A stretch of DNA of 64,000 nt, from assembly GCF_009914755.1 (NCBI RefSeq), contig NC_060931.1; one strand, given 5' to 3'. The stretch is from the human T2T-CHM13v2.0 reference genome, Homo sapiens. The position numbers were made by a program, and so were the translations under genes. Shown here one piece after another: positions 26,180 to 37,080 of the stretch. Positions within the stretch are counted from its first letter, which is position 1. Each line of letters starts with the position of its first letter. The notes below the pieces were generated by a model, which saw only the letters and a program-made list of their open reading frames with translations, searched no databases and had not been told where the DNA came from.

Positions 26180-28420
26180 CATGTATGATTTTTGATATTC
26201 ATGTCCCCACTACATTCTGGCTTCTTTTGCTATTGTCTGGCCAATGGAATCTGAGCTGAAGGAATGTGTGTCCCTTTAACGTGGATGCAGTTAAGTGCCT
26301 GCTGTGCCTCCTGCATCCTGTCTCCCACTCTACACTGACTCTTTGAATCCAAGGTGGTGAAATGACATAGTGGAAGAGATCTGAATCTCTGAGCCAGCAC
26401 TTGGGGAACAGTCATTTGACCAGCATCAGTCCATGACATGAATGAGGAAGAAAATTATTAAGTAACTGAGATTTGGGGAGTGTCCAATATGGCTATTTGC
26501 CTTCTCTACTCTAACGAAGGTAGAAATTGATGTGTTTAAGTGGAATGCTGCCATAAAGATCCCCAAAATAGGAGGCATCAGCTGAATAGTTAAATGGTCA
26601 CAAGCAAGAAAACCAAACCAGAGGCCAGAAAGACCATGATTCTTGCCACACAGAGAGGCAAAAGAAAATTGTTGTCTGTGATAACTGAGGGGGTGAGTCA
26701 CATGTCTTCTGACTCTAGACATGGTTAGAAAGCATTTTAGCTATTCATAGTGGTCATCTGCATTGGCTATTATGGGCTGCAGTTAACAAGGTAAGATTCT
26801 AGAAAGATGAGCTCCAGAAGAATTGGTAGATGAACAAGCAGAAATGAAAGAGAATAGTAATAGAGAAGGTTTAGAAATTTGCCAGTGTTAGAAAAGCCAA
26901 CTAACAAAAGATAAAGTTTAGAAATGCTTGAGTAATGTTATCTCTCAAACTATTAATAAATAGTAACCAGTTTAATAATAATAGTAAACCTATTAATATT
27001 TTGCAAGGTGTGGTCTTCCCATGGATTGCTCCAGATAGCCTCAAGGTAGCAGCCATGAGATTGAGAGAGGAAGAAGTATGGGATGAAGGAAAAGTAGAAA
27101 TATGTGGACATGAAAAAGTAGGCTGACCAATAAACTGAAAGCCCCAGGTTCTAGGGAGCCCCTTATCTCTGGTTAAATCAGGAAGTGTGTTCACCCTGTA
27201 AAAAGCCCATGTCTAGGAAAGCATTTTAGGTCTGGCTACTGACACAGGGCACAGTAATGAAGTGGGAGGGGAATCACTGGAAGCAAATCAATTATAAATC
27301 TACTAAATTTTTATTATTAAAAAATATTAAATGTTTCATGAATTTGCATGTCATCCTTGCTCAAGAGCCATGTTAATCTTCTCTGTATGGTTCCAATTTT
27401 AGTTTATATGCTGCCAAAGCACCACTGTCTACTAAGTTTTTGAGGAAACCATATTGCTAGAGAAACTGCAAGCCTGAGCAGCCTCCAATTGTTGAAGACT
27501 TACATCCATCTTGGACCTCCAAACATTCATAAGCAGGAAGCAGGCCTCAAAAACTATGGCCCCCAAATGAGGGCTTGTTCCCCAACCCCCACTTTAGACA
27601 TGGAGAAGAAGAATAATGGACAAGGAGGCTCCTCCCAGAAGGATCCAAGGACCCCTGAGGTTGGTGGACAATGGACTTCCAGCACAGATTGGAATCAGAA
27701 CACAATCAAGGACACTGTCTCTCCAATAGAAACTCTTCCTATGTCTGCCCAGAGTAATTCCTTAACTGTGATGGACAAAGAGCTGTGGCATCATTGCTTT
27801 CCATTTTTTGAATGAAAGTTATGGTGCAGTAATCCTTTCCCTGCTCCAGCAGGTGAGGGGGTGGCAGAGAGGGGCCAATAATTTGTCATTTTGTTCCTAG
27901 ATTGCCAGACCAAGAGGAGCTATGTCTTGGTCTGCAAAAAAGAACCAGACGTTGCCACAAATCCTGGGCTTGAGCTGAATGCAGGGACTGGTGGGTTTCT
28001 CTATTGTGTCCCTTGGAGAGGGAGTGAAGACTTCTTATGCAGTGCCTCTCAACATATTCTAACCTTCCTGCCTGCTAGGCTTGCCATGTGTTGTGTTCCA
28101 GACAGTAAAATTTAAGCAGAAGTTCTGACTTTCTTACTGCTGGGCTAAGGTAGTTACGTACTAGTGTACTAGTGTGTCTCCCCACAATGAACCTCCCACC
28201 TTCTTCCCACAAAGCCCAAGGGATAAAATTCAGGGCAAATTAGAATCCAAAAGAAGGAGCCACAAAGTGGAAGAAACCTGGATGCCTGAGTCACTATGTG
28301 GGGAAAACACCAACTAAAAAGCTTTATGTGATCCACATTTGATATGAGTGAGAAATAAATTTTTGATTGTTTTAGGCCATTGATATTTTGAGATTGCAAC
28401 AACAGCTAGTATAAGTTAGC
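26180..28420 (+). mobile_element. Ancient MLT1-type MaLR element (LTR-internal-LTR), heavily decayed
   Basis: LTR-like ends (tggccaatggaat...ctgagatttgggga; gtgagaaataaattttt...ttaggccattga) and an MLT-int start (aaattg...aagtggaatgctgccataaagatcccc). Boundaries approximate. Confidence 0.5.
27321..27425 (-). pseudogene. RNU6: U6 snRNA processed pseudogene (near full length)
   Basis: Matches the reverse complement of U6 (gaatttgcatgtcatccttgc...aatcttctctgtatggttccaattttag...tgctgcc) with many substitutions. 14-bp TSD tctactaa(a/g)ttttt at 27299-27312 and 27428-27441. Confidence 0.93.
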
Positions 28421-29105
28421 CCAATGCTTTAGGAAAACGTCTATTTGTTTATCTAATCTATGAAGATCACTGACTCATTACTCTGTTTTGTTTTCTTAAT
28501 GAACACAATATACCATGTGGGTAAGAGATAAGGGGAAGGGGTGGAGGGGGGATTTGGAGCCAGAAGACAAGAAGTTCTCTCTTTGCCTATTCATGCGTAT
28601 TTAGTAAATTAACATTTCCATGCTGGGTCATGATTATTTTCCCTGACCCTGCCCAGAAGAAAGCAATCTCCAACTGTATACTCACTGGCATTTTGCTTTC
28701 AGGGATACCGTTTTGTAATTGGGCTCGGTTCAGTCCTCATGGTCTGAAGAGAAAATGATATACCATGCTTTAATAAGAGATGTTCTGTCTTTAGTGCAAG
28801 ACCCAGCCCGCTGTTTGTAATAAACTCTGAAGTCTGTGCTTGACAAGTACTACTTACATACAGAGCATGTCGTGAAGTATAACAGAGAAGATGAAGCCTG
28901 GTAAAATGACACAGTTTGCTTCTCTCTTCAACAAAGGAAACTCTGATTCTGGTTTTAGAAGGGACCGGCACCTTCTCCTTTCCCTGCCAGATTTTCCTTC
29001 TACCAAGACTGGGGTCCAACTGTGAGCCCTGTGCTTCAGGTCAGGAGAAATTCAGTATGTGAAAGCATTTTGCAATCCGTAAAGCTTAAATATGCATGCA
29101 CGTTG

Positions 29106-29350
29106 TGAGGCAATATGGTATAAAGGAAAGCAGAGGTTTAGACGTCAGTCCCACTCATTTTAAATCCTGGGTCCACTGCCCTCTAGCTAGGTAATTCTTG
29201 GAATGTTTCTCAACTTCTCTGATCTTCAGTTCCCTCCACTATAAAATAAGATCTATAAGACCTACTACTTAGGGTGGGAATAAAATCAATAACATGTGAA
29301 TACCTAGCTCAGTGTCTGGTACATGTTGGTGCTCAATAAATGTGTAATTC
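29106..29350 (+). mobile_element. Near full-length MIR SINE
   Basis: ggcaatatggtataaaggaaag...aaatcctgg...cttcagttccctccactataaaat...gtctggtacatgttggtgctcaataaatg. Confidence 0.8.
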
Positions 29351-29955
29351 CTTCCTTTCCCTTTCCTACCCACATGCTGTCCTCAGGGTAGAACACATAG
29401 ATGATTCTTTCTCGTGCCCTGCCTGCCTCAGTACATTTCTGGATGTACGGATTGAGACTTCCTGACTTACGATTGCATAAACTCCACAGCAAGTATCTTT
29501 GGCTGTGTTAGTGCAAATCCCTTGAATAATGTCCCAGTTCTCCTCTACGGCAGACTCCGTTGGATTAAGAAAGAAGGCAACAGAATGGAAAGAGCATTCA
29601 ACTTGGTGTCAAGTCCTGGGTACAGATCTCTTTTCCAGCCTGTGCACTGTTGGTTAAATTAGAAATCTCTCTAAACCCCAATTTACTCATATGGAAAATG
29701 TCAGTTATAGCTTCCATAAAAGAACTTCATGACATAAAAAAACCTAGCACAAATATAAGGTATTTCAGTATACTTCCAGTATATCTTTGCTTACTCTTAT
29801 TGTCCTATGTGTTAATCCTACTAAAAAGCCTTGTGTCCCATGTGTCTTCTCCCACACCTACTGAGTTTGTAAGGCAAGGTAGGTGCTTTGGGCAGGCATC
29901 CATCCATGGCATCACTTCATCTATCTTTGCTCATGTTCAAGAATGGTTTGGTTTC

Positions 29956-30395
29956 TTTCATGCGCGTCCGTGTGAAGAGACCACCAAACAGGCTTTGTGT
30001 GAGCAACATGGCTGTTTATTTCACCTGGGTGCAGGCGGGCTGAGTCCGAAAAGAGAGTCAGCGAAGGGAGATGGGGCGGGGCCATTTTATAGGATTTGGG
30101 AAGGTAATGGAAAATTACAGTCAAAGGGCGTTGTTCTCTGGTGGGCAGGGGTGGATCTCACAAAGTACATTCTCAAGGGTGGAGAGAATTACAAAGAACC
30201 TTCTTATGGGTGGGGGAAATTACAAAGTACATTGATCAGTTAGGGTGGGGCAGGAACAAATCACAATGGTGGAATGTCATCAGTTAAGGCTGTTTTTACC
30301 TCTTTTGTGGATCTTCAGTTACTTTAGGCCATCTGGATGTATACGTGCAAGTCACAGGGGATGCGATGGCCTGGCCTGGGCTCAGAGGCCTGACA
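29956..30395 (-). mobile_element. LTR7Y 3' LTR
   Basis: Minus strand starts tgtcaggcctctgagcccaggccaggccatcgc and ends gcgcatgaaa. AATAAA (minus) at 30015-30020; PPT-like aagaaagcaggaa immediately upstream. Confidence 0.92.
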
Positions 30396-30599
30396 TTCCT
30401 GCTTTCTTATATTAATAAGACAAATAAAACAAAATAGTGTTGAAGTATTGGGGCAGCGAAAATTTTTGGGGGGTGGTATGGAGAATGGGCGATGTTTCTC
30501 AGGGCTGCTTCAAGTGGGATTGGGGCGATGTGGGAAGCTAGAGTGGGAGAGGTTAAGCTGAAGGGTGGTCTTGTGGTAAGGGGTGATATTGTGGGGATG

Positions 30600-32920
30600 T
30601 AAGAAGAAACATTTGTCGTATAGAATGATTGGTGATGGCCTGGATACGGTTTTGGATGAATTGAGAAACTAAATGGAATAAGAGAAGGAGAAAAACAGGT
30701 ATAAAAGGTCTAAGAATTGGGAGGACCTAGGACATCTGATTAGAGAGTGCCTAAGGAGATTCAGCATAGTCCTGCCAGCAAAGATTATTTATTTACTTCA
30801 AGAGTTTAGAGTGGCAGTTTGGGGATAGCACCAGGAGATATCAGCTGTGATGGCTTGGAGAAACAGTGTAAACCGGCAGTGTAAACAAGAGCAGGGCATG
30901 TATGAGTAGTTGAGAATGGTGAATAGGAGTATGACTAGATGAAAGATAGTAGGGATGACAAGTTTTTTTGGGGCACAGTCTAAGTTGGTCTGGTGTCGAA
31001 TGAGACTGGGGCCTAATAAAAAGGAGCGTCTATACAGGAGCTTAAATGGGCTGTACCTTGTAGCATTCTGAGGACAGGCCTGAATTCTGAGAAGCGAAAG
31101 TGGTAAAAGTATTGTCCAGTCCTTTTTAAGTTGGTGGCTGAGCTTGGTGAGGTGTGTTTTTAAAAGACCTTTAGTCTGTTCTACTTTTCCTGAAGACTGA
31201 GGACCGTAAGGGATATAAAGGTTTCACTGAATACTAAGAGCCTGAAAAACTGCTTGGCTGATTTGACTAATAAAGGCTGGTCTGTTATCAGACTGTATAG
31301 AGGTGGGAAGGCTAAACTGAGGAATTATGTCTGACAGAAGGGAAGAAATGACTGTGGTGGCCTTCTCAGAGCCTGTAGGAAAGGCCTTTACTTATTCAGT
31401 GAGAGTGTCTATTTAGACTAAGAGGTATTTTAGTTTCCTGACTCGGGACATGTTGAGTAAAGCTAATTTGCCAGTCCTGGGTGGGGGCAAATCCTCGAGC
31501 TTGATGTGTAGGGAAGGGAGGGGGCCTGAATAATCCCTGAGGAGTAGTAGAATAGCAGATGGAACACTGAGAAGTTATTTCCTTGAGGATAGATTTCCAC
31601 GATGGAAAGGAAATGAGAGGTTCTGAGAGGCGGGATAGTGGCTTGTACTATAGCATAGCCTGCCTTTGCTGGTGTGTGGCGATTAGGCCTGATGGAACTG
31701 CCATCAAGCGTGATCAGGGTGAGGAACAGGAAAGAAGGAAATATGGGGAAATGGGGTGAATATCAGGTGGATCAGAGAGCTACAGTCATGGGGGTCAGGT
31801 GTGGTATCAGGAATAAAGTGGGAAGCCAGATTGAAGTCTGGGCCAGGAACAGTGGTAATTGTGGGACTTAAAGAGTGAGTACAGCTGAAGGAGCCGGGGA
31901 GCAGAAAGTATATGTGTCAGGTATGAGGAAGAAAATAGATTTTGGAAGTTATGAGAAATGTAGAGAGTGAGTTGAGCATAGTTTGTGATTTTTAGGGCCT
32001 CTAACAGTATTAAAGCAGCGGCAGCCGCTGCACGCAGACATGAGGGCTAGGCTAAAACAGTAAGGTCATGTTGTTTGGACAGAAAGGCTACACGGTGTGG
32101 TCCTGGCTCTTGCATAAGAATTCTGACCACACTAACCATGCCTAGGAAGGAAAGGAGTTGTTCTTTTGTAAGGGATTGAGATTTGGGAGATTAATCGGAC
32201 ACGATCAGCAGGGAGAGCACGTGTGTTTTTATGAGAATTATGCCGAGATAGGTAACAGATGAGGATGAAATTTGGGCTTGACTGAAGTAATGGGGGCTGT
32301 CTGAGAAGCCTTGAGGCAGTACAGCCCAGGTAATTTGCTGAGCCTAATGGGTGTCAGGGTCAGTCTAAGTGAGGCAAAGAGAGGCTGGGATGAAGGGTGC
32401 AAAGGAATAGTAAAGAAAGCATGTTTGAGATCCAGAACAGAATAATGGGTAGTAGAGAGAGGTATTGAGGATAGGAGAGTATATGGGTTTGGCACCTGGG
32501 GGTGGATAGGCAAAACAATTTAGTTGATAAGGTGCAGATTCTGAACTAACTTGTAAGCCTTGTCTGGTTTTAGGAGAGGTAAAATGGGGGAATTGTAAGG
32601 AGAGTTTATAGGCTTTAAAAGGCCATGCTGTAGCAGACGAGTAATAACAGTCTTTAATCCTTTCAAAGCATGCTGTGGGATGGGATATTGGCATTGAGCG
32701 GGGTAAGGGTGATTAGGTTTTAATGAGATGGTAAGGGGTGCATGATCGGTCACCAAGGAAGGAGTAGAGGTATCTTATACTTGTGGGTTAAGGTGGGGGA
32801 ATACAAGAGGAGGACGCAAAGGAGGCTTTGGATTGGGAAGAAAGGCAGCAATGAGATGTAGCTATAATCCAGGAATAGTCAGGGAAGCAGATAATTTAAA
32901 GTGTCTCGGCCTAATAAGGG
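30600..32920 (-). pseudogene. pol: HERV-H pol remnant (protease C-terminus, RT, integrase; stops and frameshifts)
   Basis: IPTCPIPLLGRD, QYPIPQHALKGL...SPYNSPILP...[16 protein letters not shown]...[15 protein letters not shown], and integrase PQSSGKVE at about 31150-31235. Confidence 0.88.
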
Positions 32921-32981
32921 AATTGGGCAGGTGGGGATAATTAAAAGGAGTTAAAGGGGCTTTCGAGGTGATTGGGCAGCG

Positions 32982-34100
32982 TCAGTCTTCAGCCACTAAG
33001 CCGAGAAGGAGTCAGTCAGAGAGCCTTGGGCCAGAGTTCCAGGGGTTCTGGGAGTGGCTGCCAGGTGAGTTGAACAGTCCGATTTCCATTGGGGTCCTGC
33101 ACAGATGGGACACGGCTTAGGAGGAATCCTGGGCTTCAGGCATTCCTTGGCCTGGTGGTCAGATTTCTGGCACTTGTAGCAAGTTCCTGGGGGAGGAGGT
33201 TCTGGAGGAACGCCTGGCTGCTGTGGTTCAGGCGTTTGGAAGTTCTTGTGTGCTGGAGATGTGGCTGGGGTTTGTCTCACAGTGGAGGCAAGGAATTGCA
33301 ACTTTTTTTTATTATTGTACACCTTGAAGGTGAGGTTAATTAAGTCCTGTTGTGGGGTTTGAGGGCCAGATTCCAATTTTTGGAGTTTTATTTAATGTCA
33401 GGAGCAGATTGGGTAATAAAATGTATATTGAGAATAAGATGGCCTTTTGACCTTTTAGGGTCTAGGGCTGTAAAGCGTCTCAGGGTTGCTGCCGAATGAG
33501 CCATGAACTGGGCTGGGTTTTTATATTTGATGAAAAAGAGCCTAAACGCTTCTGACTTGGGATAAAGAAAAAGGAGCATTAACCTTGACTATGCCTTTAG
33601 CTCCAACCACCTTTTTAAGAATAAATTGCTGGGCAGGTGGGGGAGGGCTAGTCACGGAACGAAACTGTAAGCCAGACCGGGTGTGAGGAGGGGAGGTGAT
33701 AAAAGGATTATAGGGTGGAGGAGTGGAGGCTGAGGAAGAATTGGGACCTAGCTTGGCCTGGCGAGGAGGGGAGAGTTCAGATGGGTCTGTAGAAAAGGAA
33801 GATTAGAAAGACTCAGCAACGCTTGGGGTTGGGGCCAAGGGGACAGGCGGGAGGGAAAGAGGGAAGATTTGGGACGAGTTGCATTGGGCACAGAGACTAG
33901 GAAGGGACTGATGTGTAAAAGAATGCCTGGACGTCAGGCACTTCAGACCATTTGCCTATTTTACGACAAGAATTATTTAGATCTTGCAGGATGGAAAAAT
34001 TCAAAGGGCCATTTTCCGGCTATTTGGAACTACTGTCAAGTTTGTATTGGGGTCAAGCGGCATTGCAGAAGAAAATAAGGCGTTTAGGTTTTAAGTCAGG
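32982..34100 (-). pseudogene. gag: HERV-H gag remnant
   Basis: ORF 32996-33376 has CYKCQKSDHQAKEC (intact CX2CX4HX4C) and a second degenerate knuckle CPICAGPQWKSDC. AED*RCP gag-pro junction at about 32982. Confidence 0.85.
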
Positions 34101-34934
34101 TGTGAGTTGAAGAGGTTTTAAGTTCTTGAGAAGACAGGCTAAGGGAGAAGGAGGAATGGAGGGTGGAAGTTTGCCCATAGTGAAGGAGGCAAACCCAGAG
34201 AAAAGAGAGAGTAGAGACATGGAGGGAAGGTGTTCGGGGGTTCTTACCCTCCAGAAAAGCGGGAAGGGGGGTCAGGGCACAGAAATAAGGGATTGGGGCA
34301 CAGAGATAAGAGGTTGGGGTGTGGAAATAAGGGATTGGGGGTTCTTGCCCCCTAGAAAAGCGGGACTTGCCACTAAGGGTGAAGGAGAAGGGGTTGAGGG
34401 GTACTTGCCCCTTCCCCAGAAAAGCAGAGAAGGGGTAGAGACACGGAGAGAGGAGAGTAGGGGTTGAGGAACTTGCCCCTCCCCCAGAAAAGCGGGACTT
34501 GCCGCTAAGGGTGAAGGACCAAGGCAGGCGTCCCTGCGTGGTCTGACACCACTGAAACGTGGGTGAATAACCAGAGAGGTGTCCCTGCAATGATTAAACA
34601 CCAAGGGAAGGCTGCCTTCCCAGTCCGTGACCGGCGCCGGAATTTTGGGTCCACGGATAAAACGTGTCTCCTTTGTCTCTACCAGAAAATGAAAGGAATT
34701 GAAATTAAGAGAAGGGAGAGATTGAAGTGTGGCGCCAAGATTGAAAGGAGAAAGAGGTTGAGGGATACTGAGGGAGGTTGGAAAAGAGAGTAAAAAGAGG
34801 CTGCTTACTGGATTTGAAATTGGTGAGATGTTTCTTGGGCTGGTCTGTCTGAGGACCTGAGGTCGTAGGTGGATCTTTCTCACAGAGCAAAGAGCAGAAG
34901 GACAGGGGATTGATCTCCCAAGGGAGGTCCCCCG

Positions 34935-34952
34935 ATCTGAGTCACGGCACCA
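34935..34952 (-). other. Primer-binding site, tRNA-His
   Basis: Minus strand tggtgccgtgactcagat next to the 5' LTR; one mismatch to the canonical TGGTGCCGTGACTCGGAT. Confidence 0.9.
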
Positions 34953-34954
34953 AA

Positions 34955-35395
34955 TTTCATGTGCGTCCCTGTGAAGAGACCACCAAACAGGCTTTGTGTG
35001 AGCAACATGGCTGTTTATTTCACCTGGGTGCAGGCGGGCTGAGTCCAAAAAGAGAGTCAGCGAAGGGAGATAGGGGTGGGGCCATTTTATAGGATTTGGG
35101 AAGGTAATGGAAAATTACAGTCAAAGGGGGTTGTTCTCTGGTGGGCAGGGGTGGATCTCACAAAGTACATTCTCAAGGGTGGGGAGAATTACAAAGAACC
35201 TTCTTAAGGGTGGGGGAGATTACAAAGTACATTGATCAGTTAGGGTGGGGCAGGAACAAATCACAATGGTGGAATGTCATCAGTTAAGGCTGTTTTTACT
35301 TCTTTTGTGGATCTTCAGTTACTTTAGGCCATCTGGATGTATACGTGCAAGTCACAGGGGATGCGATGGCCTGGCCTGGGCTCTGAGGCCTGACA
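34955..35395 (-). promoter_or_regulatory. LTR7Y 5' LTR (proviral promoter)
   Basis: TATAAAA (minus) at 35085-35091; four GGGTGGGG motifs at 35074, 35177, 35208, 35243; U3 repeats (aatgtactttgt) typical of LTR7Y/7B. Confidence 0.9.
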
Positions 35396-36899
35396 GTTTC
35401 AATGCATGCTACTTTAAAACAGCCTCATCCATGCAGACCTCAGGGAGAAAGTTCTATCTTTCTGTAAGATTCTTTTTGAACATTTCTTTCAATTCATCCA
35501 CCAATTCCAATGTGCTTCATATATTTCAGTTAAGGTTTAGTGAAGTCTTATCCCAATTCTGTGCTGGCCATTTTACAAATAGAAATTCCTAAAAGTTAAT
35601 ATAGCAGATATGAAATACAATGCATGGATAAGGTGTCTGAGATATTGTTACCAGGGGAGTTATCTGTTTGAATTTTCTGACTTGACTTAAAAAGCCTAAC
35701 CACCTTGATGTTTGTGTAAACTTGAATTCGATTCCATTAGGGTGTAACGTTACCATTGTCTCACTTATATGTTAATAGAGTTTTGTACATTTGAGAATAT
35801 ATTTTCTTATAGTTGGAGGCTTTCGGACTTCTGCTTTATTTCACAGCTGTCTACACTTGAGGCCACATTTTTGGACATCTACTTTTAATTTTCATGCCTT
35901 CTGCTTCTTTGGAACCAGTTCATGTTTCTCCTGTGAAGCTATATGGAAGCTCATTTAGGGGGCATGGTACAAATTTCCAAGGAAGAATACTGAATTTTGA
36001 AAAGAGAGTAAAATAACATTATGGAAATCTTATGTTCCAACTCTGCTCTGACTCATTAATTCTCTCTGTGTGTTGCCTCGATGATCCAAATCCTCTATGT
36101 GCCTTCAAACAGGCTCTGCTCTCCTGCATTTGGTTTGGTTCCTGGGCACTTTTCCTCTGCTGCCCAGGGAGTTTTCCCCAGTCCTTGGATTTTAACACAG
36201 TGTAAGCTCATGTTCAACTCCTGCTGCTGCTGCTTTTTTTCCACTTCGGTCTCTTCATCTAAATGGATCTCACATAATTTATCTCATGCCTTATTGCAAC
36301 CGTTACCACTTTGCTCCAAAAATATTTTCCTCCTATTCAACTACTTTGTCACTCAGGCTTATTGTTATGTTGATATATTGTTCACTCCTGTGCCTCCTTA
36401 ACTTTCTCATATGTTGTACACAACAGCAAATGCATTTGATGTTGTGAAGCTGCAGGCCTCACAGCTTTTGCAGGAGAAAAAAAAAGTTAATTTCTAAATT
36501 TCTCACTCTGAGTGCTTTGCAAGTCTATTCTACCATTATTTCATTTCTTTGGCTTCTGTTTAAGAAGCAAAGAATTGTATATTTCTGGGGACTGATGAAA
36601 TTCATTTATACAATGATATTCTAGAAAGAAAAATGTTCATTTATCTGTTTCCTTCCTTTACTTTCTCACGTGTTTTCAAAAGCTTTGTTGAAGTGCTGAG
36701 AATATACGCCATGTAACTTAGCAGGATTTATTTTAAATGTCTTGAACCAGGGAAGCTTTAAACTCACCACTTTGAGAACAATTCCATATTCCATTAAGTT
36801 TTTACTGAGGGGAATTATATCAAGTACCCTTAATTTTAACTTTTCTAATTTCATTCTGTTATTTCTGGCTAGAAATTGGAGGAATTTTACCTTGCTGTT

Positions 36900-37080
36900 T
36901 GTTCATAGAATTTTAGAACTGGAAGGAAACTTAGAGAATGTCTTCTCCATCATCCTGGCTTTTCAGACACCAAAGCTTAGAGTAGCTGAGTGGATTGTCA
37001 TTGTAACAAAACGGGTCTTAGCAGAACTGGAGCCAAAGCTCAGGTCTTCAGATTCCCGGTGCAGATCTGTGTCCTCTCTG
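36900..37080 (-). mobile_element. MIR-family SINE
   Basis: tcatagaattttagaactggaaggaaacttagaga...gcagaactggagccaaagctcaggtcttcagattcc. Confidence 0.7.

Larger units (their letters stand above)
29956..35395 (-). mobile_element. HERV-H provirus (deleted type, LTR7Y), 5440 bp
   Basis: Two near-identical LTRs, perfect TSD gtttc (29951-29955, 35396-35400), His-tRNA PBS, PPT, decayed gag zinc knuckles, RT and integrase motifs. Confidence 0.97.

Noticed and set aside
29650-30243. 197-aa plus-strand ORF
   Set aside because: Runs from a MIR-like relic into the antisense strand of the LTR; non-ATG start, no domain; chance ORF
34270-34520. Spaced direct repeats (agaaaagcgggacttgcc...aagggtgaagga; gaaataagggattgggg) superficially like a CRISPR array
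   Set aside because: Normal tandem repeats of the HERV-H leader; eukaryotic context, irregular spacing, no cas genes
34096-35048. 258-aa and 164-aa minus-strand ORFs
   Set aside because: Span LTR R/U5, PBS and the pyrimidine-rich repetitive HERV-H leader; low-complexity, commonly open, no known protein
36090-36285. Minus-strand frame DEETEVEKKQQQQELNMSLHC...
   Set aside because: Short, bounded by stops, weak acceptor, no recognisable homology
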